Source: Neodothiora populina
Lineage: Eukaryota
NCBI RefSeq assembly: GCF_041146345.1
Contig: NW_027191419.1
Span: forward strand, 868,001-903,771
DNA length: 35,771 nucleotides
Direction: 5' to 3'
Shown: piece by piece, positions 1 to 12,133 of the stretch
Position numbering within the stretch: the first letter of the stretch is position 1
How the letters are laid out: each line of letters starts with the position of its first letter
Notes under the pieces: generated by a model
What the model saw: the letters and a program-made list of their open reading frames with translations, nothing else
Told to the model about the DNA's origin: nothing
The model's database searches: none
Made by a program: the position numbers and the translations under genes

Positions 1-1513
1 CGAATAGTGTGTCCAAATGCTCACTATCCTCTTGAAGCGTGATGGTCTGCTATGCTGAGAGCCCCGTCGGGCTGCTGGTAAGATAGCCATGACTCTTGAA
101 CAGTGTGATGTCCTGTCACGATGGTGGACAAAGTCGCGAAGCAAGAATCCGGGCTGGTGTAGAAAGAAAGGGCGCAAGAGATAATTTGACAGTGTCGTAC
201 CCGAAACCACACGTCACCTTCGATGAGAGCATAAGACTTGACCTCTATTCGGATGAGGAAGAGTGAAACAAGTGCAAAAACTAACAAAAGTCGATCACAT
301 CTGATGTATATAGGTACAATCCATACAGCATAATCAGCAACATAGTGCTTCCAAGACCGAGCCCTGTCTCTCCCACAAAAGCCATATGAGCATTCCTAAG
401 AGCGATTAGAGAGGTTGGGACCGGTCCTCGATAGGCGGTTGTACCAGAAGAAGCACTATGTGCAACTTTCGCATGTCTCAAAATGACATTGCTGTCTCGA
501 TTCGTGATGGAGGACGAGTCGCTTAAAGGGCTGGACTCTTCATAGGCTGTCTCCTTAGAGCAAGCACTTACCCAACTAAGAGTCTCATGCTTGATTTGTC
601 GTGGTGGATCTGTATTCTTAGTCAGAAGTTTCGTTGCAATGTTTAGTGTGGAAAGATCGCGTGGCGTGCTGGCACTATCACAGGACCGTTGCTAAACAAG
701 ATTTGGAAGTCAAAGGAGGTCTTCCGCCGATAAACATCACCCAAATCCACTGTAACGATCGAAGGATTATACAATGACCTCACAAGCAGCGATGGATTAT
801 GACAAAGGTGTGGAAGAAGGAATAGCCACAGTTAGGGGCACAGCAGTGTCGCATCTGTAGGTGTGAGAAGAATCGCAATTCTTCGACAACTTGGATTGTC
901 CCATTTGCATGAAGGCCACACCTCGGCTGGTTGCTTAAATCCCACGGTGTTTGTGCAACGTGACTTCCACAACTAGAGTTCTGCAATTATCGAGCCTCAG
1001 CGGCGTGAATGGTCCAGATCTTAGCTCAGGTGAACAAAAACCTTGATTATCATTCATCCATTTCTGATTATAGGGTTGGAAGACGTTGGCGACTGCCAGA
1101 GGGTCGGGTCGCTAGTCGCCGCTAGTTCAACAACGCCAGTTCTGGGTAAGAATCATGTCTAATTCGCCAAAGCACTTTACTTGGCAGAAAAACAAATAGA
1201 CTGTCTCAATTGAGGCAAGATGTTTCTTCGCACTCGGAGTGATGATATGCGTATCACTTACTACCTAGGCATGTGTACCACGATGATGTAGTATGATCGA
1301 CCTCTATACAGTATACTCGTGGCTGTGTAGCCAGAAGCCACGTTGCTCCACATGGCAAGTGCGTATCTGTGGATATTGACAGTCTTTCATAACGATATGA
1401 GATATGCCCACTAAGAAGCAGTAGAGAAATTTACCAGCGAGAACGATCTTGTAAATCTAGAGAATGGTGGGATTAGTATATAGAGTTGTTGGACATATAA
1501 AACATGTATATAA

Positions 1514-2909
1514 CTAATTTCTAGTCCATCTAAAGAAAGCTTGCCCGAACCACTGAGAAGGCTGGTCTATGGCGCGGTGGAAAAGTTCTGCACCCAGAAG
1601 TGTGGCCGGTAAACACACGACGAACACGACCGCCTTTGCTCCTGCGGTAGATATGTTTGTATCGACGAGGACAATGAAAATCTTGAGTCCGGCGGTGTAT
1701 AGAAGAATGGATTGTGAAACAAAGATACCTGCATCTGTTAGAACACGCAGTATGGGATGTAGAGTGGTATGACTTACTTAAAGAGCGGCTCCCCAGATAT
1801 CTCAGCACTTTGAAAGAAAGCAAAGACTGAGCCCTTTCAGATAATTCGAGTATGAGCAAAGTGCCCAGAATCACTAAGAAGTTGTCCAAACGCGGATAAG
1901 GTTGTTTTGAATCGAGGTTACCAAGTCCATCGGCGGGCTGCAAATGCTTTGCTGGGTGTATGGAGAGCTCGGCATTGATGTGACTCGGGAAGGCAGAGAC
2001 CCAGACATACTTGAGCGCAGTACCTATAGCGAAGAAGCCAAGAGCGAGGCTCCAGTAAGGCATCCTGAAGTCTACACTTGGAAGGCGTATGCCCCTTCCC
2101 AAAGCAGATCGCAATGCAGGGTTCAGCGACAGATCTGCAACTAGGAGTCCTACGGCAGAGTACCAGCCCCAAGTGTTGAACCAGAAGGAACCAAGGCCGA
2201 ACCAAATTAGACCCTGCAAATGCCACCCAGGTCGTGTGAATGGCAGAATAACCATGAAAGCAAACACCGTCCAGCTTTGGAAATAAATGACAGACACGAC
2301 CCAGAGTGTTCCCGAAGGCCACATCTGATTTCCCGCTTGAAGGGCAAAGTCTTGGTAAACCCACAGCAGATCGTAGATGGAGTTGAAGCCGGTTATAGCG
2401 TTGCTTGAAGCCCTCGGTGCCTCCAATGTGGAGCTCTTGAGCACGGATGCTGCTTGAGCTATGTAGGACACGTCGATGGCCGAGAAGATGGCTATCGAGC
2501 AAGCCAGAGCAATAGAGATCGGGATACCAACGCGAATGGGTCGCGAGATCAAAGTCCGTGCGAATTTTGGAGTTGACGCATCTTGAAGGAAGTGTATGCA
2601 TACTGTGCGCGCGGACAGGATGATGAAAAACGAGTATATTAAGGACTCATCCCAGAGGAGCGGAGAGAACACCTTTCGAATGATGACTTGATACGTCGGT
2701 TGAGACGCATAGTCATTGGCAGAATTGGAGACCAAAGCTGGTATAAAGGTCTGGAAGAACAGCCAAACGAAGCTCTGGACGGCGAGGATTCCACGGAGTC
2801 CAGTCAAGTAATCTTGTTTTGAAGAGTAGATTGAAGGCCGACGAGGCTGCTTTTGCAGCATCGTCTTGGCCGCAGCAAGCATACCTGGTGAGGGATTGGA
2901 TGGAGACAT
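1514..2909 (-). CDS. Acyltransferase-3 (AT3)-like multi-pass membrane protein, about 448 aa, 2 exons: complement(join(1514..1728,1778..2909))
   Basis: AT3-type motifs DYLTGLRGILA, FFIILSAR, RPIR, GTLWVV and many hydrophobic helices. Removing a 49-bp intron (GTAAGT at 1777, CTAAC branch, CAG at 1729) replaces the ORF-track tail with SIFVSQSILLYTAGLK...AELFHRAIDQPSQWFGQAFFRWTRN* (TAG 1514-1516). Confidence 0.85.
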
Positions 2910-4178
2910 GCTTGGGGAGCTGGCAGAGGACCGTGGAGGAGAGTGAGAAGTTGAAGCAGGCTTCGCGAATTATGCAAGTAGATAGAGTGACTTTCTGTTC
3001 TGACTACCAGTACTCTCAGTCGTACCAATCGCAGAGCGTGGTCTAGATCACAAGCATCTTTCGACATTCATCTCCATAAACGAGCGTCGCATAGGAACAA
3101 AATAAAAGGCAAGCTTCGTTACGCTATAAGACGATCAGATTCTGGTTCTGACGCGACGAAATCTTCATGACGACGGTTACGAAACATTCATTAATCCTGA
3201 ACAAAATACAGGCAGCGGCTCCTTACCCTTTGGAGGAAATGCAAATTTGAAATAAGATCCAAACGGCTTTATCGAACCTGCTGACAACGGCCGCTCGACA
3301 CTTGGTAGATATCCCATGTCATCGAGATCATCTCAATGATGCTGAAATCTGCCGAACCCCCAGGACTAGCAGAGATGTTGGATAGAGCACAGCTGTCAAC
3401 AGCAGAAAAGGGATGTCGGGCCATCTATGCAAGCGTAGTAAGCGCGAATGAATATCAGTAAATTTCTCCGTTATGTATTAGTAGTTCGTGAGAAATCGTT
3501 CAGCGGTTCAACGTTACAGGTAGGCCGTGCTTACAAACGCCGAGTCAAAGCGCCCGCCGAACTCCTTTGGAATCCGGCGCTACTGAACCTTAACCGTAGA
3601 TTCGGGTAATCGTAGAATCTCGGGTAAGCGGCCCGCCAGGTCTGGCAGCGTGAGGAACTACTGTAGACCATAAGGTAAGCATAGGAATTTGGCGAGGAAC
3701 TAGTCGACGACCCAAGTTGTATCCTACCTCCATCATACTTTACCTGTCTTATCATAAACGCACGCCATCAAGAGAGAACGTTCCGTCTATTTGGCGTTGC
3801 TACCACGCTTATCTGATAGCCTCGCTGTGGAGCATCTGAGACATTGTTCGAGGATGCGCTCATGGTCTCCTTGTGACTCTTTACCATTCGACATGTCTAT
3901 GACTCGGGTGACTCTCGTGAGCGGATCCTCCCTAGGTCTCGATTCTTTGGGAACGTTACCCCGGCCACTCAATAAACGCTATCGGGGTGACGAAGACGTT
4001 CGCTCACGGCCCTTGAATGTATATGGTCGCTACTGTCGATGTATATGAGTGAGACATCCATTGCTTCCACCCACATCAGCATGGGAGAGGGTCGGCCATA
4101 ATTGTGCAGGCATCCCTTTTCTCTTCTTTAATGTTCTTGACCCAGTTCCAAGCTTCATTGTTATTGTAAAACTCCAGC
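2910..4178. promoter_or_regulatory. Putative bidirectional promoter region between the two AT3-like genes
   Basis: Head-to-head ATGs at 2909 (-) and 4179 (+), about 1.27 kb apart, with no credible ORF between. Shared regulation is inferred. Confidence 0.5.
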
Positions 4179-7100
4179 ATGATGCGATCGTGCTTGATAT
4201 TCTTGGGAGCAGCAGCCTTGTCGCTGGCCGCCGACGTGCGGGACTGCTCGTGTGGTTTCGAGGACTTTAGGTCCGGACAGGTGTATACAGACGCAACAAT
4301 TGTGTACTTCAACGAAACAATCGGACCCCTTGAAGACTTCTTTTCGGAGGACTTTGCACATAAGAGAGAACATGGCTGGAATACGGTGTTCCGTGCTGGC
4401 GCGATCCCCGATAATGTGGCCATCGCCAATTCCACCCACCCTTCGTCGAATTGGAACGCACAATCACTCAATATGTTCATCGATCCAAGTACACCCAATC
4501 ATCTTGTGAAAGGAGCGTCGATCCAGTCAATGCGTCAAGACATGCATTATGGTTCCATAAGAGCATTCATGCGAGGATCTGATCCCTACTCAAGGCAAGT
4601 ACCCCATATATGTTGCCCATCGAGCAAGTCTAACTGTGTCTTTCAGAGGTTCTGCCATGTCAATGATCATGCAGCATAATCGGTCAAGTGGGTTCGACAT
4701 TGACGTTCTGAACATGGATGAATCAAGTTTAGCTCGTGTAACGACTCTCAAGAACGGAGAATTCCCATCAGCAAAACTGAGTGTCAATTACACCGCGGAT
4801 CCCTGGGGATTCATTGAAGTGCAGGTCGACTGGTCCAAACGTTATCTGAACTATACCGTCGCCCACAACAAATCACGTGTCGTGAGGAGCAAGTCTTCCA
4901 TTCCATCCGAGCCTTTGCCTCTGATCTTCAGGCACTATTCGACTGGCGACTCAAATTTCATGCAAGGTCCTCCTGTTCAACGAGCAGAAGCGAACGTTGC
5001 ATGGGTTCGCGCGTTCTTCAACTCTTCTTTGACGACAGAATCTAATCAGGAAGAGTTTGACGAGCGGTGCAGAACGGAAACGAAATGCAATGTCGATGAT
5101 ACGGAACTCCGAGGAGCGACCCCTTACAGCCCACAAGCATTAGTTCCATGGAAACAGCCCCCCCCGGACCATGGCTGGGGATTAGTTGCAGCCATTATCT
5201 GTGGAAGTGCGACCGCCTTGGGCGTCCTCACTTTAGTCAACGTGTTTTTCCGAAGGAAGCCTTGGAAGACCATGTTCAACGGCGAGAAGCGCTATGAACC
5301 AGCTGTGCTCGATCTTGGTCAACACCTTACGTCGACTTATATCCAGAAGCCCCTCAAGATGTCCGAAACCATAGAAGACCCGCCAGTCCTCCACTCAGAC
5401 GATCCGAAGGCCCCGGTTATCGCCTTATCCAAGGAAGACGAGAGTATGGATCAGATCGGAGATCTGGATGCGGGCGTACGGCGCAGAAGTATTTTCCGAG
5501 GAAGTCGACACAACTCTGTCCCTCATCCTCCAGACCAAAGTTCCCACAGTAGCTTTCCTGCTAAATCACCTAAGACCTCATTTGACGTCCGAGAGACTGG
5601 TCTTTTCCAAAGTAACTTCAGCTTCGGTGGCGAAAAAGCCGTCCCCGAAGTCACCACTTACGACTTCGCATCGTCATCAGCAAATATTCCACGACAGCGG
5701 CAGATGAGTCTGTTTGCCCAAAGTAGAATGTTCTCCACAGCGCAAGATCCGGAGGATGACGACACTCCTATACGCGATGTCAGAGAACGACAAGGCAGTG
5801 TCTTTCAAAGTGTAGTCCATTCCGTCACCAGGCTCGCCTCTATTGCGCCTCCTATTGCGGAGGACCCAGAGGATGTCCCGTCCAATGAGCACTTGGGTGA
5901 AGAATATAACATTGACATCAAGGAATGGAACACACAAGCACCTCAAGATATACCGACCGTGGACCCGCCGTACAACGCCTTCTTTGGCAATCGTCGACCA
6001 ACTATTGCAGAAGCTGTGCCAATTGCGTCCATCAATCTACCTCTTCGCCCTGCCAAATCCAAGGAAAAGCGAATTAATTACCTCGCTGGCCTTGTCGCTT
6101 TTGCGTGTCTCGGTGTAACAGCAACGCATTTCTGCTTGACCTTTGTACCTTATGCAGGTGGATTGGACCAGGGAATGCACTACAAGAGCGAGAACGTGGC
6201 GCGTTGGTTCGCCACACCGTACATCATGGATCCTATCTGGCTCGGCCCCCTCTTTGTAACGTCCTGTCGCTTCCTAGCTGGAGGTTTCTTCAAGAACGGA
6301 GACTTGAAGGAGATTGCACAGAGAATGTTGCTTCGAGCTCCCCGTATGCTTATACCCGCAATAGTAGTCGCCATGTTGGAATACTTTCTCCTCGAGGAAG
6401 GTCTATTGAGCTCGTTGGAATGGCTTCCTTCTATTTCCTGGTCTTCCTGGCCCTACATTGTTGACTACAACAACTTCGCCCAATTCATGAACGACACAAT
6501 CGAATTGGCATACTTGATTCCTAATGCTGCGCCCAGGATAGTGGAGCACTACTGTGTTGGCGTTCTCTGGACTGTACCAGTCCAGCTGCAATTCAGTTAT
6601 ACAGCTCTCTTGGCTGTAGTCATCGTTCGTGACATCAAGACACCTTACAAGCGATTCCTTGTATACGCGATCGCTATCCTTACGAATTGGTATGCCATCA
6701 GTTGGGGTGCTTGCTTCTGGTCGGGTGTGATGCTTGCGGACATGCAGATTACCTTCAAAGTGAGCAAACGGCTGCAGGCTAAGCCCATGGTATGGTATCC
6801 GCTTGCAGTATTCTTATGGATGCTCGCAATCGCTGCTCCTACAATGTCTATGCTGGAGGATCGTCTGAAGATACCAACAATGACTGGCGAGCATTACATC
6901 CATCCGGACCCGCTGACTGGTCATCCTATTGGACAAAGCCCTCGAGCTGGGTATCCCCGCTACTTTGAACCACGTCTTAACACTTTGGTGTTTGCGACTT
7001 GCATTCAATTCCTGCTTGAGACAAGTACTTGGTTCCAAGCTTTCTTCTCGTTGGGTTTCTGGCAGCCTATTTTCCCGTATGCATACACGGTCTATCTGAT

Positions 7101-7566
7101 TCACGGATTCATCTGGTGGACACTGGGCTCATACATGGTGGTACAGCTTGGTATGGCCGGTTTGCCTTACTGGGCCAATCTGCTGGTGACAGCTGTGTGC
7201 TGCTACCTCTGTCTGGCACTGGCGACGATTGCACTTTCGCCAGTGACAGACATGGCGAACGCTGCAGCTTGTCGCAACATTGAAAGATGGGCCACTGCTG
7301 CTCCAGTACCTACCAGAGCGACGTTGTCACCGTTTCCTCATGATCTCTTCTTCGGAAGACGTCCCGAGGATGACAAAGCAGACGGAGATGAGGAGGCTGG
7401 TACCAGACAAGATTCACAGGTTGATGTTAAAGTCCAAGATCAAGAAAATGAAGGAGGGAAGGTCAGAAGACCCACTCATACCACGATCCAGGAGGTGGAT
7501 TCGCTCAGCTCATCGACGAGCAACAGTGCTCGATCATATTCGAGTGGGAATGATGGCAATAGATAG
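4179..7566 (+). CDS. Fusion of signal peptide + GH16-like (ConA-fold) extracellular domain + TM helix + low-complexity linker + AT3-like multi-pass domain, about 1111 aa: join(4179..4594,4647..7566)
   Basis: Hydrophobic leader then DCSCGF; GASIQSMRQDMHYGSIRAFM and IFRHYSTGDSNFMQGPP resemble fungal GH16 proteins; TM GLVAAIICGSATALGVLTLVNVFF; C-terminal RINYLAGLVAFACLGVTATHF, LRAPR, VLWTVPVQLQFSY, AYTVYLIHG. ORFs 4179..4679 and 4636..7566 join in frame through a 52-bp GC-AG intron (4595..4646). Confidence 0.85.
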
Positions 7567-8110
7567 CGATTGTGAATTGCTAGCATTTCTTTGGTTAGCA
7601 TTATAATCAAGTTTCCTTTGTTCGATAACATCTGCTGTGCGCGCCATGTCGAAATGGTTTGACTCGCCGATCACGCACTTTTTTTCTCCTCATCCTCCAC
7701 GTTGAAGCAATATCTTCACTGAGCCACGATAAGCCTAGCTCAATATGTCAAGGCGATTTGATGGTTCGACAGAGCAGTGTTACACAAATTCAGGACAACA
7801 GTCCAAGGTCTTTGCGATCACAATTGCCTTGCGCGATACACACTTGAACGAGAGCATGGCTGTGACACGATGAATTAATGCAGCAGTATCAGTAAGAGCA
7901 AGACAGAATGCAGCCCCCCACCTGCTGGACCTCGGCATCCCCCTCAATGATAAGCGAATGACTAAGCTCATTGACGCTGGCCTGCTCAGACATGTTGTGA
8001 AGATACCATATCCCGCTGCTTCTGAGGTGTGTCACATATGCGGCAGCTTCTTACACGGTACCTAGCTATTAATACCATTTGCGAGTTCACGAAATTCGAC
8101 AGCAACAAGT

Positions 8111-8670
8111 ATGTCGAACACAGAACACCACGAGCATGATAGCGTAGACTGGAAACATCAGGGCGTTCGTGTCGTACCGTCGAACTCGTTATCGACAGAC
8201 ACGGCGCAGACTCCTGGTATACATATAACGCTGTCCACCACCAATTCATCAGACAAGGTTACCCTGACCACAATGTAGGCATGAAACGTGCTGCCGCAAT
8301 CAATTTTGCGCGTGTCGGAGCGCAGCATCTATGGGCTGGTACAGTGACCATCGATGCCAACGCCAAGACAGGCGCTCACCATCACGGGCATCTCGAGTCA
8401 GTCATCTACGTGCTCAAAGGCAAGGCTCGTATGCGATGGGGGGCAAAGCTCGAGTTCGTCGCAGAGGCTGGTCCCGGAGACTTCATCTTCGTGCCGCCAT
8501 ATGTCCCCCACCAGGAGATCAATGCATTGGAAGATCAGGATCTGGAGTGCGTCCTCATGAGAAGCGATGGAGAAGCGGTTGCAATCAATCTTCCCGACCT
8601 CGAGCCTGTGGAAAAGCCCGAGCACGTGCCTTGGATTGATCCCACTCACGCCAACTTGGTTGACCTGTAG
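8111..8670 (+). CDS. RmlC-like cupin protein, 165 aa: join(8111..8216,8279..8670)
   Basis: Cupin motifs TGAHHHGHLESVIYVLKG and GDFIFVPPYVPHQE. Upstream exon MSNTEHHEHDSVDWKHQGVRVVPSNSLSTDTAQTPG joins in frame through a 62-bp intron (GT at 8217, CTGAC branch, TAG at 8278). Confidence 0.9.
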
Positions 8671-9423
8671 CAACTCAAAAAAAAGATTTTGTCTGACTAG
8701 TCTAACTTAAGTCTTCTATCGAATCTGATCCCGCCGCAGATAGAGAAGGGTGTACCGAGAGACTGCTCACAGATGTCTGGCGTATTGGAGCGAATCACAT
8801 TTGTCCCAACACATTCTTCCGCACGCACGAGTATCTGGCAAGCTAAAGTACCTGGGCTTGTTCTTGTGTCCGCCTCTCGAGTCATCGAGCCATCGTCGGG
8901 ACCAGAAGACGTCATATCCTGCTGCTTTGTCTATTCATAACGCAGCATGGACCAACAAGAGGCCCCCACTTACCGGATGGGGAATATGTAATTGTTGAGA
9001 TAGAGTGCCATAAACAGCTGAATTGTGTTTTGTCGCGCCACGTGGGCATCAGGAGTAAAAGTGTTGCACAGACATGAACTTGAGATTGCATTAAGCGCCC
9101 AACGCCAGAAACCAGGTTCGTTCAGATAGATGAGCCAGGAACTCGATAAGAAGTGAATGTAAATATGTAACATGTAGGGGGTATCCTCCATACGCGGCCG
9201 TTGCAATAGACATGCATGATTTTTCCCCTCCACACCATGGTTCCGCCAGGTATCCGGGTTTCAGAAGGGTATAAAGTAAGATAAATCGATGCAAAGAAAG
9301 AAGGAGATCCAGGGCTCAGATTCATACATGACAAAGCATGCGATGCTCGTGTGTATGCGTGTGCTGACGAAAAGGGGCAGGATGACAAAAAGAGAGAGAC
9401 AAGTGCCAGGGCGATAATGGCAC

Positions 9424-10128
9424 CTAATCATCGTGAGGTTTGATGACACTCATGCGCACCATCTTTGCATCCTCATCCTCAAAGGGAGGTGGCGGCATAG
9501 GCATATCCTCGTCGATTTGTTGGTGGGCGCCGGCGGACGAGGAGTTGCCTCTTGGTCGTCTCAGACTCTTGGCGCGCTTGACACTCAAACTCGCAGAGCG
9601 CTTGACGGTGCTGAGACTTCTCTGGATTTTCTGGCCCATGTTCTCGACTTCTTCGGGATGCTCTTCCTTGTAATGTTCATCCTCCAATTTGTTTTGTGTG
9701 CGCGAGTCGACCGCCCATCCTGGCTGGGCAGTCTCGACGCCCTTCGTCTCTGCAACAGCGCTGGCGTCGAAGATGCGGGTGCCCTTGGGCGCTGAACCGG
9801 GGGAGGGAAAGTCACGCAGAGGTTTCTTGGGGACACCGAGCCTGTTGGCGTCCATCTGGAGACCGGTCGGGGCCTGTCGACGCATGCTGGACTTGCGTGG
9901 ACGAGACGAGAACGACTGGGATTGCGAACGGGCACGATATGAGGATGTGGGTGGGGAAGAAGCCGTTGACATTGTTGTCTGGGGTTGCAAGACTGAAGCA
10001 CCGTTGGAGCAATCGGCGGATTGGCCTTCTGCGTGTGACGTGACAGTAGGACTCTCAGGTACTGGTTGTAGGGGCGTCTCTAATGGGTTGATGAGGACAG
10101 CAAAACGTTTGGAATCTCTGTTAGACAT
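9424..10128 (-). CDS. Hypothetical Ser/Arg/Pro-rich, probably disordered protein, 234 aa
   Basis: Longest ORF at the locus, ATG start, protein-like composition, pyrimidine-rich upstream region on the coding strand (about 10130-10560). No family recognised. Confidence 0.6.
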   Translation of the reverse strand: MSNRDSKRFAVLINPLETPLQPVPESPTVTSHAEGQSADCSNGASVLQPQTTMSTASSPPTSSYRARSQSQSFSSRPRKSSMRRQAPTGLQMDANRLGVPKKPLRDFPSPGSAPKGTRIFDASAVAETKGVETAQPGWAVDSRTQNKLEDEHYKEEHPEEVENMGQKIQRSLSTVKRSASLSVKRAKSLRRPRGNSSSAGAHQQIDEDMPMPPPPFEDEDAKMVRMSVIKPHDD

Positions 10129-10824
10129 GGCGAAAAAAAGTGAAAAGAGACAAGTAGCGGTGTAAAGTATATCTACGATACGTGATACGTAGACAGAGGA
10201 CAGGCGGAAAATACAGGGATTTTCAAGGTTCGTATAAGACTTTCACGTTAATGCGCCGCACACGTACGCGATCGTGTTGGTTCGCTTTAGCCGAGTTGGT
10301 GTAAGAGGCTTAGGGCAGGGGCGAGAAGTGGGCTGGGCTGGGCTGGGTAAGAACAGCGAGGGGAGGGGCAAAAGAACAAGAAGAAGGGAGGGGGGTGTGG
10401 AGAGTTTTTTGGTTGAGGAATATAGAGTAAGAATAGAGAAAACAATCAAGATCACGGTAGGGCGGCCTTGGACTGCACCATGGGACTGTTAGATGACGAC
10501 GCTTACATGAAACAAGGGTACAGGGGACAAGGAACCAGGGACGAGGCGGGGGAGAGAACGGAGACCAACAGTGGTCTATCTTTATCGCATTTACAGTGAT
10601 ACTGCGATTGTCTGGTGAAGCGCCGGCCACCTTACTGTAAGCTGTGCTGGCTGCGATGCTGGCTGGCTGATTGATTTCTGTCCAATCGGGAGTGGTTATT
10701 TTGCTCATATTTTCTGCGCTGATTTCATTGTTTGCTCGTCACAATATTTCTGTTGCTGCCTTACTCAATCAATCGTACCAGATCTGAAAAGTCCAGGCCC
10801 CCCGCGGCCGCCCACTTATATTGC

Positions 10825-10845
10825 CCTCACTCCTCACTCCTCACT
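10825..10845 (+). repeat. Short tandem repeat (CCTCACT)x3
   Basis: cctcact cctcact cctcact read directly at 10825-10845. Confidence 0.7.
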
Positions 10846-12133
10846 CACGGTGGCTTAAAGGCCGAGATTTCGTCTTCGTCTTAGGTCTCCACCAACACGA
10901 AACACAAGGGTCCAAAGATTTTCCAAATCGTCGAGGCTTGGCGTACGTCAACTTCGCTCTCCTGCTGTGCTTGCCCGATCTTCTGTTCAGCTTCGCGTTA
11001 AGCACTCCGTACTTGTACAGCGCACACAGCCGCTTTGCGTAAACCACGTAGATCTCTCTAAGTTGTATCCAGCATGACACTCGGTATAATCCAGTACTTG
11101 CTGTGCTGGTCCAGTGAGGTAGATCAGAGAGTGGAATCCCGTTCTTCTCCGGATTATCCTCCGCGTCCAACGCGCGTCGCTCCTCGTATCCGTCGATCTT
11201 TCACTGAAAATGATTGCTGGAAAGCTTTTCTGGTGGATGACTGATGTGCAATACGTGTAAGGGGCCTCGACAACCTGGACGTTGATCGTAATGTGATCGC
11301 AATGCGATCTCAATGGAACATCCTTTTGGTCTACGCGAGACACTGTCAGAGAGAGAGCACTCGAGTCACATTTCATCATATGGTAAGCATCGCTTGATAG
11401 TCTACGGTCCCACCGTTCGAGGCAGTATGGCGCATGCATTTTTCGACTTCTACAGTAGTAGCACCGAAGTCGTGTTTACGTCCGTTCAGTCTTCTCACAG
11501 ACATCACTACCTCCTCAGTGACCATGGCCAGTCGACCAAGTAGTAGTAGCCTGGGCGTTTGGTGTCGTCAACGCACAATCTTCGATGCCTTTCTCAGATC
11601 GATTGCGAGGTTCTCGGAGGTCCAATGCGATGAGTTGATGAGTTGAAGTCGCACAATGCTGTGAAGAGTTGAGGTATGTCGTCGATATACTCAGAGCCAC
11701 GATGGGTGAAGTACGGAGTACAAACCACCTGATTCAGCCTTGAAAGCCTTAGTTCTGGTCGGCAGCATTCACGTGGAAAGCCAGGACTCGTAACCTCCGA
11801 CCTCGAAAAGCGGTACCACCATATCAAGAGCTCGTCAGGGTCATCAGATACTTCACCCTGGACTTTCTGATCCACGACACTGAAGTACCTGTGCACCAAG
11901 TTAAGATACGGTAGGGTAACTGTAAGGTAGGGCTAAGGATGGACTACCCCGCCTTGCATCTTTGTACAGTACAATGTACTATTGCGCTTCGTTATTAACC
12001 GCTCTACCGGGTTTTCTCCTGCTGATCCCAACCATGAGTTCGTCTTGACTTCCTTTTCTCTAGGATCCTACGTAAACCCGATACTCCGCGATGCTCGAAC
12101 ACACCGCATTTTGTATTGCTGCGGGCTGCTGCT

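Noticed and set aside
1..1500. Short ORFs (66-87 aa) at the left end
   Set aside because: No recognisable motifs or consistent splice model; treated as intergenic.
1530..1777. ORF-track tail KSYHST...RASFL of the first AT3 gene
   Set aside because: Read-through of a 49-bp intron; the spliced frame gives a proper hydrophobic C-terminus.
9433..10165. Several overlapping plus-strand ORFs
   Set aside because: Antisense shadows of the 234-aa minus-strand ORF with no protein-like features.
10243..12110. ORFs of 60-150 aa between the hypothetical gene and the TF
   Set aside because: Mostly non-ATG starts, low complexity, no motifs; consistent with promoter/UTR sequence.
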